Shown: positions 12,336 to 24,300 of the stretch, piece after piece | Position numbering within the stretch: the first letter of the stretch is position 1 | How the letters are laid out: each line of letters opens with the position of its first letter | Source: Asterionella formosa | Lineage: Eukaryota | Assembly: GCA_002256025.1 (NCBI GenBank) | Contig: NKIB01000034.1 | Span: forward strand, 1 to 35,743 | Direction: 5' to 3' | DNA length: 35,743 nucleotides | Translations under genes and position numbers: made by a program | Notes under the pieces: generated by a model | Told to the model about the DNA's origin: nothing | The model's database searches: none | Seen by the model: the letters and a program-made list of their open reading frames with translations, nothing else

Positions 12336-14143
12336 ATGGTGAATACAATGAATGCCGCCGGCGGGGGGAAACCGAGGCAACCGAGCTCGATTCGGCCGAT
12401 GCACCGTCGAGCATTGCTCCTATTACTGCTATCAAGTCATGTGGTGAATGGGCAAGCTTTGACGTTTGCACCCAGCACTGGTATGTGTTGGAGTTTTCTG
12501 TTATTGTATTTCAAATTCCTCGACGACTGCTGCTCTGACCAATTTTTTTCTCGGCAGGTCCGCCTTTAGCTCCAGTCACCACAAACACTCCAGGCTTTAT
12601 CGGAAGTCCATCCTCGCCGGCATTTCATCCTCCAATTACAGTGGCGCCAATCTCTGGTACAACCCCAATTCCAAGCGCGTCGCCTACTTTGCTGCCGTCA
12701 CTGGGAACTTTTTCCCCTTCGATTCCTCCCAGTTCTAAAATCACTTTGGAGCCATCGAACGTTCCAACATTATCACCAACTGTATTGGCTACTCCATCTC
12801 TCTCGCCCGGATTTACGACCACTGCTCCATCGATCTACGGAACCTTGTCTTCACCTTTGACAATAACGATTTCTCCTACAGTCCAGCCAACCACCACAGC
12901 AGCTACACCGGTGCTCACCATGTCACAAAATTTGGCGCCCAGCTCGGGACAGGTATTGCAGCTCCAACGATACAGTGTCCAAGTTGTGGTGACATTTCAA
13001 GACTTGAACACGCTGATTGGATCGTCCATTACAAATATTGAAAACGCTACAGCGGTGCACATTCGAACAGAGTTGAGCAAATTACAAGGGGCCTATAATT
13101 TTTCGGTTGACACGAACCTCGTGCAACAGTCTTCTGCCAATCAAAGGCGGCGGCGACTGGCGCCACTAGCCATCTATTTGGATACGTCAGTGGCGTTCCG
13201 CTCCTCAACGACTGGAATTGATGCTGTTTCCTTGGTTGAAAGTGCCTTTGACTCGGATTCCAAACTTGCAACGTATTTGAAGTTGCTGAAGCAATCTGGG
13301 GACGAAGCATTCTCGGCGGTAAACTCACTTTCAGTTGAAGTAAAAAGTGGCACTACGCAAGGTAGCAACAAAAATGGGGGTTCTTCTATCTACATTATCA
13401 TTGGAGCAGCGGCCGGAGGAGCTGCCTTGTTGGCCCTAATATTAGGCTTTGTTATTTGCCGCAAAAAACAGAAAGTTGTGGAACCACCTGGCGCCACGCC
13501 ATATAGCCACAGCACAGGTCCTGCGCATGCTGGTGGACTGTTGACACAAGAAATTATGGTGGATAAGCAGGATGATATTTCAACTCTAGGCGATCCCATG
13601 TTTGGAAACGGTATGCACATGATGGGTAGTGGATTGGAGAAGGACGAGACGATTTTGGGCAGTACTAGTATTGATTACGACTACACGAAGGCGTATGGAG
13701 CTGGTGGGACTGCTCCAAGCGTCATGTCTTCGCATGTGGGTGGGTCCATGCCAGGTCCATCCGATTTGTCATCGAGGGGAATGTCAGATGTGAGTGGATT
13801 GGGTCTTGGCACGATGGACTCCTCAATCTTTTCCGATGACTCGTCCTTTGAGCAACAATTTAGCGAAATGGAAGACCGCATAGAAGTTATTGCGCCTGCC
13901 GGTAAACTGGGAATGGTTATTGATACCCCGTCTGGTGGTGCACCTGTTGTTCACGCAATTAAGGAAACAAGCGTCCTTGCATCAAAAGTCCAAGTGGGCG
14001 ACCGACTTATATCTGTTGACGATGAAGATACAACAGGCATGACGGCAATGCAAGTCTCGAAACTTATTAGTATCAAGGCGGATAATTCTTGGCGAACTCT
14101 GGTTTTCCTTCGCGTTCGAGCGAGGAAAGACACGGATCCATAA
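12336..14143 (+). CDS. Type I membrane protein: signal peptide, Pro/Ser/Thr-rich stalk, RRRRL motif, one TM helix, C-terminal PDZ domain (about 576 aa, 2 exons)
   Basis: Exons 12336-12480 and 12558-14143. Intron 12481-12557 (GTATGT...GCAG) is in frame. Signal-like RRALLLLLLSSHVVNG; TM IYIIIGAAAGGAALLALILGFVIC followed by RKKQK; PDZ signature APAGKLGMVID...VQVGDRLISVD. A downstream Met may be the true start. Confidence 0.88.
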
Positions 14144-14231
14144 CTCCTCATCGTGGTGTTTTATGTCAACATTGTAGCCCCAATTGAAGGTTAATATATA
14201 TAAATTTGTGATAGAATCAAGAAAATTCTAT

Positions 14232-17036
14232 TTATTGAGCCCTAACATTAACTGTCCATTCCGGAGGCATTTGGACTATGCCCGATATACTGTTTTTTGG
14301 GATACGATTGTAGATCTTCGGATGATGCTTGAAGAGCACCTCAAGAATGTCGGGATGGACTTGCCCATCGCGGCAACACATTTGAAAGGTTAATTTGGCC
14401 ATTTTCTCTTTTTCCTGTTTCATTTGCTCGTCGGCATCATTTCTGGGGTTGAATACCGTCAAAGCAGTACGGTAGGTGATATGATTTAGGGATATACCAA
14501 GGTTTTGCATTTCATTTAAGACTAGCAATGCCACCTTGATTGCGTCAGGAATATTATTTTGCCCACTTGTAAATGCACAAGCATTCAGAACCGCTGTGAA
14601 CGGAAAGACTGTGGGCTTCAGCATTTCATTTCCTGCTTGGTACGACTTGGCCATTTCCTCAAGGAGTTTCCATCCTAAGACCGCCTTGTCTGGTCTTGTG
14701 CTAGCTGCAATCGCTTGAATGACCGTTGTGTACGTTCTATTGTCTGGTGCAGCATTTACATTGCCGTTCGCATGCTCATCCTTCATTTCTTGTAGAATTG
14801 CAAGAGCCCTTTCGGGTTGATCTGCCTTGCTTCGCCACCATGCCGCAATAACATTTGTATATATTACACGATTCAACTTTTCGCCAGTATCTTGAAGTCG
14901 TCTTAACCAAGTTTCTGCTTTTTTGCCAGAGTCAGGATGCAAGGAATTTGCCCAAACATCTACAAGACTTGCATAACAAACTGCATCTGGCTTTATGTCG
15001 TACTCATCCTCCATGTGGCTTATAAGTCTTTCCGCTCGCTGGGGAGCATCCACTGCACGCGACAATGACCAAGCCTTGATGCACGATGTGTACACATGCG
15101 AATTCGGCAGCAAAGCTGGATTCCTTTGTGTATTTGCAGCATTCTCCATCTCCCACAGAATCTCTTCCCCCTTCTCTGCAGCTTCTACACTTCTTCCTTT
15201 ACTTAAAGCGTTAATGAGAGCACCATATACAACAGCATCTGCTTGGACATACTTCAAGCCTTTCATTCGTTCAAAGACACTCAATGCCTTCATTGGTGTG
15301 TTGGACCGCCCATAAGCACCTATAATGTTGGTATACATATCAATCCGAGGTTCGTACCATTCTTGATGTGTCTGGTTGTATTTCTCTTCCAATTCTTGCA
15401 ATAGCATATCGGCGTGATACGCGGCATCGGTTGCAAAGGATGTTGTCCACGCAGTAATAGCTGCTCCATAATGTGATGCTTGTGGAGGAAATCCTTCATC
15501 TGCCATGGTTAGTAGGACTTGATTGACACTTTGCAATGCATGAGGGTGGTTAATACTACGGACACATCGTGCTAAACCCCAAAGTACAAAGTTGTACGTT
15601 GCGTAGTTTGGTGTTACCATGTTTCTGCGTGCTTGGAAGGCTTCCCAAATGACAGGTACACGATCATAAGGGACTGCAGCAAGTACATGATTCCAACATC
15701 GTGTAAGCTCTGGATCAGTTGCCCCTCTTAGTTGATCAGTATCAAACAATGCCATGACGCGTTCCAATAAATTTTCACAATCGTTGGGTATATTCATCTT
15801 GGTCGCGTACAATAGTGTCAAACTGTACCATGAGATGGGAACTTGTTTGGATTGTTCCAATCGTCTATTTTCGGCCTTGTTGAAAAATTCAATGAGCCCC
15901 GGTTCCATTGTCCGACTCCACCTTTCAATAATCAAGGAATAATGATTGGCCCAGGGCAAATTATCCATGTTAAGAGCTGCTAGCATTGACAGGACAGGGA
16001 TGGCGCTATGCAGAATGGGGTCAACCTTTTGCTTATTTTGAGATTCATTGGATCGAAACAGAATGCTGAGATAGTCACTTGCAAGATACCCAATTAGTTT
16101 CGGTACATGATTTTTTGATTCTTCTAATTGATGTTCGACTGTCTCGTGTACCAGATTCGGTTGTTCCAAAAGTACCTGTATTTTGGCATACCATTCCATT
16201 CCTAATCTCCACTGCTTTGCTTTCAAGGCCCACCCAATGGCTCTAGCATATCCCCGAATATAGTGATATGATTGGTACGGTGTCCTTGTGTTTTCCCAGG
16301 CAGTGTCCATTCGACCCACGGTATGAATCATTTCTTCTCTCCAATTCAATGTTTCATACGTTCGTTCAAATCCCGCAGTCAACAAGGAATACGTCTCAAC
16401 CGTGGGGTTCATGTTCTCACGTTCCAAAAACGAGACAATATCCATCATGGCATCCATGGGAGGAGATCGGTGCGATCTGGTATATCCATCAAGTACCAAA
16501 TGAAAGGCTTGTAACGTTGGTGCGAGACTCAAATGTCCCCCCAACTTGCCCACCCACCTGTCCAGCACTAAGGCAGCCGTATGCCCTTGTCCTGTATGTA
16601 TGGCAAGCTTTTGAATCAATAGTAGAAAAGGTTGGCTCGTTTCGTACCGAACGGATGTTTCCATCCACCGGTCGACAAGCAATTGCATGTTGGACGCTGC
16701 TTCGGGAGCATCATGATGGAGCCAATCTGTCATCACGGCAAGGAGATCGACATTGGACATGCAGTCTTGTTCCAAGAGAACATGAGTTTGATCCAATAAT
16801 TGGTTGGTTTGAATGGAAATGAGTGAATCGATCTGCTTACTTTGATTGTCTCTACTGGTGGCAGTGGCAAAGGTTCGATGCGACACGACGGGAAGCGATG
16901 ATAACAGTCTCATCATTGTGCTACAATTCTTTAGAGCAGTAGATGGAGTCAACAACTGCCGCTGAATTTGCAGTACAATACGTTGATGAGCAGCAGCAGA
17001 TCGCTGCATTAGATATCGGGCATGGTGCTGTCTCAT
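14232..17036 (-). CDS. Pentatricopeptide repeat (PPR) protein, probably mitochondrial (934 aa)
   Basis: Intronless ORF with many PPR-like motifs (PNYATYNFVLWGLA, DAVVYGALINALSK, PNSHVYTSCIKAWS, PDAVCYASLVDVWA, PDNRTYTTVIQAIA). The Arg-rich, acid-free N-terminus ending RTFATA resembles a mitochondrial presequence. Confidence 0.92.
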   Translation of the reverse strand: MRQHHARYLMQRSAAAHQRIVLQIQRQLLTPSTALKNCSTMMRLLSSLPVVSHRTFATATSRDNQSKQIDSLISIQTNQLLDQTHVLLEQDCMSNVDLLAVMTDWLHHDAPEAASNMQLLVDRWMETSVRYETSQPFLLLIQKLAIHTGQGHTAALVLDRWVGKLGGHLSLAPTLQAFHLVLDGYTRSHRSPPMDAMMDIVSFLERENMNPTVETYSLLTAGFERTYETLNWREEMIHTVGRMDTAWENTRTPYQSYHYIRGYARAIGWALKAKQWRLGMEWYAKIQVLLEQPNLVHETVEHQLEESKNHVPKLIGYLASDYLSILFRSNESQNKQKVDPILHSAIPVLSMLAALNMDNLPWANHYSLIIERWSRTMEPGLIEFFNKAENRRLEQSKQVPISWYSLTLLYATKMNIPNDCENLLERVMALFDTDQLRGATDPELTRCWNHVLAAVPYDRVPVIWEAFQARRNMVTPNYATYNFVLWGLARCVRSINHPHALQSVNQVLLTMADEGFPPQASHYGAAITAWTTSFATDAAYHADMLLQELEEKYNQTHQEWYEPRIDMYTNIIGAYGRSNTPMKALSVFERMKGLKYVQADAVVYGALINALSKGRSVEAAEKGEEILWEMENAANTQRNPALLPNSHVYTSCIKAWSLSRAVDAPQRAERLISHMEDEYDIKPDAVCYASLVDVWANSLHPDSGKKAETWLRRLQDTGEKLNRVIYTNVIAAWWRSKADQPERALAILQEMKDEHANGNVNAAPDNRTYTTVIQAIAASTRPDKAVLGWKLLEEMAKSYQAGNEMLKPTVFPFTAVLNACAFTSGQNNIPDAIKVALLVLNEMQNLGISLNHITYRTALTVFNPRNDADEQMKQEKEKMAKLTFQMCCRDGQVHPDILEVLFKHHPKIYNRIPKNSISGIVQMPPEWTVNVRAQ

Positions 17037-17722
17037 GGTTGATGAAGATGAGTAAGGGGGTTAATCATAGCAATAGTATTACAGATACGACATGAAACAA
17101 CAAAATAAATTTTTATAGATATACCGGTATGCGGTATACGGTACCAGCCATTGTTTGTGTTTTTTCAATTTCTTGAAATGTTGTGCCGCAGGTACCGGTA
17201 GTGAAGTGATGTACCGGTATGTAAATAACATTATTTTCTTACCGGTAAACTTACCAGGCATTATAGGTACCTGTACCTGGTACCAGGTTTGATACTAATA
17301 CCCTCGCTATTAGATTTTGTATGGATGTCTCGTTTTTTCATATTCATATATTTATAAAAACATATACATATATCATTTACTTTTTCTAATTCACAGGTTT
17401 TGCTTTGTCCTCTCATTGATGCAAGTGATGAATATTTAGTTATTAAATAGTAAAAATCAATAAGTTCTTGTTCATTGGACCCCTGACTAAGAATGCAAAG
17501 GAGCTGTTTGGTCAGAGAAACTAGTATTGAAAATCGAAGGCCTAAGTGTGGGGGCAACAGTAATTAATGCATGCAAAAGACACTAGGTGGCATAACAAGT
17601 GTCACCTTGTGTAACGAGACCAGTCAACGAGTACATTGAACATCGAGACCCCTCCATTTTGTTTATAATTACCACCAGAAGAAAAAGGCAGGGAAATCCA
17701 TGAGATGCATGGGCAACATACC

Positions 17723-19714
17723 CTAATGAGAATGACCGCCATGACCCCCATGATGAAAATTGCCACTGCGGTGAGCGGCATGTTGAGCAGCAGCAACCCG
17801 TTCACGAATCGCATCGGGATCATACCCTTCATCATACAGTTGTCGTTGAAAATCATCGCTGAGAATTTCAAGACCTTCTCCGAGTGCTTTAAAGTTCTTC
17901 TCTGCTTGGGTCCGTTGCTCAGTTGTATACTTATTATTGCTCCACCTATCCGGGTGGTATTCCAGACATTTGATTTTGTACTGCTTCTTAATCTCTGCAA
18001 GAGACGCCAAGGACGACACTCCAAGCAAGGTATAGTAGTCAGGTCGATTTTGTTTACGGACAGCAAAATCGGCAAAGTCGTAGGCCTTGCGAATATTCTC
18101 ACTGTTGGATCCCCACCCTTTAAGCAAGTCGCTCAATTCCTCCCTCGCTTCTTCGTGTTTTCCTAGCCCATGGTAGGCTTTGCATTTGAGCAACCAGGCT
18201 TTTTCAAAATCATCTCTAGCATAAATCGCCAAGGAGCAATCCTTGAGAGCAGCTGAATAATTTTTTAGTCTCAAATAAACCTCTGCCCTTTCCGAATAAA
18301 GCATACTATATAGTGGGGCCTTGACAGGCAACGGATCACACTTGTCAATTGAATCCGTAAAGGCTTGTACAGCAATATCAAATTTGCGATTAAATACAGC
18401 GTTTCTGGCAGTCTGGACTGCCTCTTTCACCTGTTTGCATTGTTTCAGTGTCAGCTTGGCGCCAATACAGTCAGGATCAAAGCGGAGCGCTTCGCGCAAG
18501 AGCGATAGTCCATTGTCAAAGTCCCCCATCAAGTACATGCAATGACCACGTACTTGGTATCCTTCTGCACTTTGGTTGTCTCCACGAATAACTTGCAAAC
18601 TCAATCGCAGCGCAGAGTCAGTCAATCCCAACCCAAGATCTGCCTTGGCGGCTCCTAGAATAACACATGGGGCTTTTGTATCTCGCAAGAGTGCACCAAA
18701 CACAGCCTTGGCTGATGCGTAGTCTTGCTGTGTAATCATGAGATCCATGCCTCGTGCCATTTCATCTCTAATAGCAAATGCCTTTATTAGTTCCTTGACC
18801 AAGACTTGAGACTTTGGATTGATGGAACAAGCCTGTTCCAGACCTCTACATGCATCATCAAAGGATCCCAATTCCATCAACGCCTTGGTGCGTCGAACGT
18901 ATGCTTTTACATAGGTCGGGTCCAAGTCTATGGCCTTTTCACAATCTGACAACGCTTCTCGCCATGTTAAAAGTTGAATCCAAGCGGCAGCACGGTTAGC
19001 GTACAATGTCGCCAACAACGTTGTGGTCGAGGACGATGTGTCCCCTACTATCAGTACTTCAATTGCCTTGGAATACAAATCTCTCGCCTGTTCAAAGTTG
19101 GACGTTGCGAATTTGTCATTTGCCTCCACCTTGAATGATTCAGCGAGCGATAGGGGGGATCGATCCACAACAACAACAACATCATCATCATCATCCATCA
19201 CTTGGTCCGTGTCAGTATCATCATGTGCTACTGCACTACCGGTATCGGAATTGTCAATAGCGGCAACAGCATCCGACTGTGACGACAACGACGTTGTATG
19301 TGCTGTCGTTGAGACCAGATGGTCTTGCAAATCTCCATAGTCCCCAGTCCAGCGACATCCATGCCTTTGCTTCAAGGGACAACTGACTCTGATCCTGTTT
19401 AGGACACGATGTGCCACTGGTTGACATAGTTTCAACGACGACGCATAAATTGACCGGCTACCCACCATGGTGGTAGTGGTGGGACCATGGGACGCAGTCG
19501 CTCCATGAAACTCCAGGCTTTCGTTGCAGGTAGGACAGCGCTGTTGTTGTGACAATCGGGACAATAACCATGTTTCCAAGCATAGCTTACAAAACACGTG
19601 CGAACACTTTGTCGTTACCAGAGCATCGAGTCCGCAGAGCTGCTGGCAAATGGCACAGAGAAAGGCGCCGTAATGGCGTTCGTCAGAGAGTACATGATGG
19701 AGATCTAAACCCAT
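17723..19714 (-). CDS. RING finger + TRAF/SIAH-like zinc finger + TPR repeats + J-domain (DNAJC7-like co-chaperone fusion, 663 aa)
   Basis: C3HC4 RING (CAIC...CSHVFCKLC...CPTC), then CPLKQRHGCRWTG...DHL. TPR motifs include LYANRAAAWIQL and KAYVRRTKALMELG. C-terminal J-domain DYYTLLGV...YHPDRW has an intact HPD. Confidence 0.92.
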   Translation of the reverse strand: MGLDLHHVLSDERHYGAFLCAICQQLCGLDALVTTKCSHVFCKLCLETWLLSRLSQQQRCPTCNESLEFHGATASHGPTTTTMVGSRSIYASSLKLCQPVAHRVLNRIRVSCPLKQRHGCRWTGDYGDLQDHLVSTTAHTTSLSSQSDAVAAIDNSDTGSAVAHDDTDTDQVMDDDDDVVVVVDRSPLSLAESFKVEANDKFATSNFEQARDLYSKAIEVLIVGDTSSSTTTLLATLYANRAAAWIQLLTWREALSDCEKAIDLDPTYVKAYVRRTKALMELGSFDDACRGLEQACSINPKSQVLVKELIKAFAIRDEMARGMDLMITQQDYASAKAVFGALLRDTKAPCVILGAAKADLGLGLTDSALRLSLQVIRGDNQSAEGYQVRGHCMYLMGDFDNGLSLLREALRFDPDCIGAKLTLKQCKQVKEAVQTARNAVFNRKFDIAVQAFTDSIDKCDPLPVKAPLYSMLYSERAEVYLRLKNYSAALKDCSLAIYARDDFEKAWLLKCKAYHGLGKHEEAREELSDLLKGWGSNSENIRKAYDFADFAVRKQNRPDYYTLLGVSSLASLAEIKKQYKIKCLEYHPDRWSNNKYTTEQRTQAEKNFKALGEGLEILSDDFQRQLYDEGYDPDAIRERVAAAQHAAHRSGNFHHGGHGGHSH

Positions 19715-20274
19715 AATGATGAGGGGAATTATTAGTATATGTAATTATTTATATATATTGCCTTGCTCTTGTTTTTGTTTGAGGTTTGCTGTTGCTTGTC
19801 AATCTATAGATTCTAATAAAATAAAGTACAGGTATCTTAGACATGTATTGTTATTTGCCCTTGCGCTTGATGTGGATGAATCATCTCTGTGTCCTGCGTC
19901 TCAGCACATCTCTCAGAATTAAATACCGGGTATATATATTGCTTACTGGTTTAGTCGGCCGGAGTATCTAATAATATAATTCTGAACCGATAAATTAATA
20001 ATAAATATAGTGCACAGATGAATATTTCAAATTAGTGCAATACCACTATATATATAGTGATAGCAGGAGTACCGGTACTAGTACCACTTTCTGTGCTGGC
20101 AATCCCCACCCTGTTTTAGCTTTTGTCTTGCTTTACGATGAGAACTGTGGGAGTCTAAGTAATTTTTGGTATCTCTGAGTAACTTCTATTCGGGGCCATA
20201 TCATTGCACGGTGGATTTTTTGGCAGTCAATTTTCTTTTGGTTTGAGCAGGGACCATCAAGCATCCTCCCACCT

Positions 20275-20480
20275 GGCGAATGGCTTAGTGGTTAGCACAC
20301 CCACCATGGTGGCGGGTTTGATTCCTGCATTCTCCAACTGTCTTTTTCATGTAGTCCCTAGGGTTCTGGGGGGTGCGGCTGACAAAAAGACAGTTATTGT
20401 TGTACCGTATGGACGAATAAAACCAGTACTAATTGTGTTTATCTATTTTGTGGGCCCAAGTGCAATTATTGGATAGCTTT
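20275..20480 (+). mobile_element. Putative tRNA-derived SINE, copy 1
   Basis: Pol III A box TGGCTTAGTGG (20281-20291) and B box GGTTTGATTCC (20315-20325) in a shortened tRNA-like head, followed by a 140-bp body colinear with the copy at 25847-26054. Confidence 0.65.
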
Positions 20481-21382
20481 GATTTCATTGACATTTTTGT
20501 ATTCTCCTCCTGCCATCATCTTGTGATTCTTGTTTGAGACGGCACTTCAAAGCACAATAAATCCTAAAGTTATCACATTCATTTCAAGAATACACTCCAT
20601 TCTGTTTAGCATCTTCATCAGGTACAATTCAGCAGTAGCCTTTTATCAGCATTGCTCTAAATCGGGTGCCATTTTCAGCCTCTCCCATAGTCTGTGGCTT
20701 TCTCATGGTGTGTTTGTTTTTCGACATGTTGCATTTCATGATGTTTATCATTTGCTGTTTAAACTAACTAATAATATACATTATCACGGATTTACTAACG
20801 AATATATGAATTTACTATTGCCCAATTCTCAAATCGTGACAAATGCAAAATGTTGCATGGATTAAAACTTTGTCAATAGTATGGAACTTGTGGTAGGTAA
20901 GCATTTTTCAGGGATAACTCTTGAAGTTGACGAGAAGAGGCTTAAGAAATGCTTCCTAACTGGTCCCTTTTACTGGTACCACGAACTCAATGTTTTTCAT
21001 CGAGTTACAATTTTGACTACCTGTACACCCCCGAATTCTCGATGGAGTCAAAATCGGGTGGAAAATCGAGAATGAGTATACAATTTTTGGATCAGATAAG
21101 GAAAAAACGTGTTATAATTGCCCCGGCATTTTGTTCGAGTTTGCACAAAGAAAGTGCTCCATGTGCCACCCTTTTGCTTGTTTGCTCGTCGCTCCCCACA
21201 AACTCCTGCATTTTCATGTTTTCAAACTTACCCATTAAATGCATGAATTTTGTTGTTGTTTCTATTCGATGACATCGCTCAAGTATTGACATACCGATAA
21301 TGTAGGTGATTATTTTATTTTTCCTTTAAAATAGGGTTTTAAAGCTCATGAATAATCATAGGTATGATATACATGTATACAA

Positions 21383-24300
21383 CTATCCAATGACAACAAC
21401 AGCCTCTCGTGCCTCTGTAGAATCTGTCGCATCATCCACATCCACATCCCCATCTGGCTCATAGTTATCAGGATTGACTAACGGATCTGCACCTACTGCC
21501 ACTGCTTCCATTGCGTCACCACGTTGCAAGGCCAAGGCTAAGGATTCCTGTCCTATTCCAGGTTGCAAATCACTAGCGATTCGCTCGAGTTGGATCACAA
21601 AATGAGTAATCAGGATGTTTCTGGCCTGGTGCTGGCGACCGCGATGCACACCATTTCGGCTAGCAATACTGCTGCCAGAGCGATGCACGTGATGATATTG
21701 CTTTCGACGCTTGCCCTGGTCTTGCTCAGCACTGTTCAAACCATGGTCGACCAAAGTATGAGGGGACGAACACACTGGTGAGATGGCCATGCGGCAAAAT
21801 ATGGCATGAAAAGGTTCCCCGTTGCTAGGAATGCTGCTACCATGACTTCTTTCATCCCTATGCGAGATGGCATTTGTCCAATGCTGTTGTCGAACAATAT
21901 TGTTGGCTCCAGAATTCTCTCGAAATACTGTGACATTGCGACCCAGCATATGATGAGGCTTGGCAGTCACTTGGATATAGTGGAAATCGCCAAAACCACT
22001 GCTTGCAACAAGACGCTCCACGTTTGCATCCAATTGATCATCGCCGTGGATGCCAGCTCCAGCATGACCTGCAGGCGCTGCTACTGCAAGGCGAGGATTG
22101 AATGTAGGGTCACGAATCTCTGAAGCTCGGTCCTCCTCTTCCTCTTCATGTGTCTGTGATAGCTCTTCATGTGTACCCCCTTGCCCGGTTGTAGAATTTG
22201 CCAAGGAAGAGTTCCCTGACACTGATGACATTGCCTCCCCAACTGCGGCGGCTGCGTCGAGCAACGCCCGGGCCTTGGGTTCTGGAATGGAAAGCAGAGT
22301 TTGTACTGGTTTGCCAATCACAAGGTGAGAGTCAATACCAGTCAATCCAGAATATGCAGCATTCACATGAACAACCAAAAATGGAGGTGCTGATTGAACA
22401 ACCAACCTGGCATGATATACGTGAGCAAAAAAGACTAATAATCACAAAATTGATGGCGAAAAATACAAAATTTCAAATAAATACTCACCTTGCAATCTTG
22501 GTGAAAGACAACACGGCTTCAAGAGTGACTGGCTTTCCAGGACGAAAAACAACATCTTCGCTACTGCCACTGCTATCTGAGGACCCTAGCTGCTGTTGAA
22601 CTTGTTCTTCGTATTCTCGTCGCATGTTCATTCTCTTTCGCTTTTTGTCAATGAGCTTGAGCCCTCGAGAAACCTCATCTTCTACAATTGATTCTGGAGG
22701 TTGTACCTTGTTCATTCCCCCATGAGTCGAATCATGAACGTGATGAAGACCAGCAGTACGACCGTGATCTAAATCCATATCGATTGCTTTGGTTTGCTTT
22801 TCGTGGTTGTTCTCATCGGAGTTAGAGTTCTGGTCGCCGCCGCTGTTGTCTCCTTTGGCAGCATCAGTGCTACTACCCTTGCCATCTCCTCCACTTCCAC
22901 TACCACTGTTACCGGCGCTCCCGCTATTTCCTCCACTTCCAGAACCAGAGGTATTATTGTTTGTGTTACTTGAGCTGAATTGGTCTGAGGACCTTTGAAA
23001 GCTTTCAGCAGACGACTCTGACACAATCCTGGACTGTCCCGTATGATTCCCTTGGTTAACAACATGATGTACACCGCGGTGTTGTGCATCGTGTTGCTGA
23101 GGAGCATGGTGTTGGGCGTGATGGTTGGAAGCGTTTTGACGAGCGCCATGATGTGGAGGTGCTGGTGCCTCGGACGACGAACTCGAAACAGGACTCTGAT
23201 TGTCGGGTTCATCCTGGGCCTGCAAGGGGCCAACTACTCCCTGCGCAGCTGCCTCAACATGGTGACGAGGACGAGGCAAAGGCCTGGAATCCGTCGAAGT
23301 AAAGGAGGTGGAATCCGCATTGATTGATTCGTCAATCCCTTCGTTCGTCAGGTGCTTTCGTTTCGTTCGGGCGAGAACAATCATAGATGACGAATCACTT
23401 TCGTCGTCATCAGGTGATCTGATTTGTCGCTGAGGAAAACATTCTCCTTGAGCATTACTTTCCGAACTTTCTGGGGGGGGATCGTAAGAACCAGTAGAGC
23501 TCATTCCCGTTCGTTGCTCTTGAGCAATAGCATTCGGTGGCCTCGACCAATGTTTGGCGCCACCCTTGGCTGCGGAATTCGAGTCCGAAGAGTTTGTCGT
23601 TGAAAAGAATGATGTAAACCCTTCCGATGACTGGTGACCGTCTGCAGGGTATTCAGCATCTCTCACTTGTTTTGTTGATTCTATTACTTGATCGTCTTGT
23701 ATCGGTATTGGATGCATGTGGTTGACGTTGAGGGATGAAAAGAAGGGTCTAACAGCCTGGCGAGGGGATATGCATGAGTGAGACTCCCCCCATTGTGTCA
23801 TTTCCAATAATCAATTATCAACTTTAGATCACTTACCTCCATCAAGTGCATATAGTTGTCAACTGAAGGCGGTGGGCCCGGCATAGTACACGGAGCTCGA
23901 TGTAATTCTGCTGTCAATGGCGCATCAGTGGCTTGTACACGATTTACAGTGCTCAAGTCAATTCGAGGGTCCATCGGATGCTGAATGCGCACTCCATTCC
24001 ACTGAGGCAATGTCTGACCCAACGTTGTCATATGAGTTTCTTGCATTTGCCGACTTTGTTGCACGAGCTGTTCCAATGCAATCATTTCCGCTGCAACATG
24101 TCGTGCGTTCATTGTGTCGCCGCCATTAATTGAAAAATCAGATTCTTGATAGTCGTCTTGGCTGTTTGTAAGGCTCTTCAGACTTTTTCGGGCAGCCTTC
24201 CGTTCCTTTGTTAGATGCTTCTTTTGACTTTGTGCTGTTTGCTCTTGAGAAGCATCAATAGAGTTCGCTGCCACGCCTGATGTCACTTCATCAAGCTTCA

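Noticed and set aside
20275..20336. Functional tRNA genes at 20275 and 25847
   Set aside because: The A-B box spacing is too short for full anticodon and variable arms, stems are mismatched, and both continue into a shared non-tRNA body.
20530..21300. Short ORFs downstream of the PAS gene as a gene or transposase
   Set aside because: Only a faint DFPPDFDSIE resemblance to the IS630 SPDFNPIE motif; not enough to call.
22769..23327. Alternative-frame and antisense ORFs within the PAS, PPR, DnaJ and PDZ genes
   Set aside because: Shadow ORFs of real coding sequence with no independent motifs.
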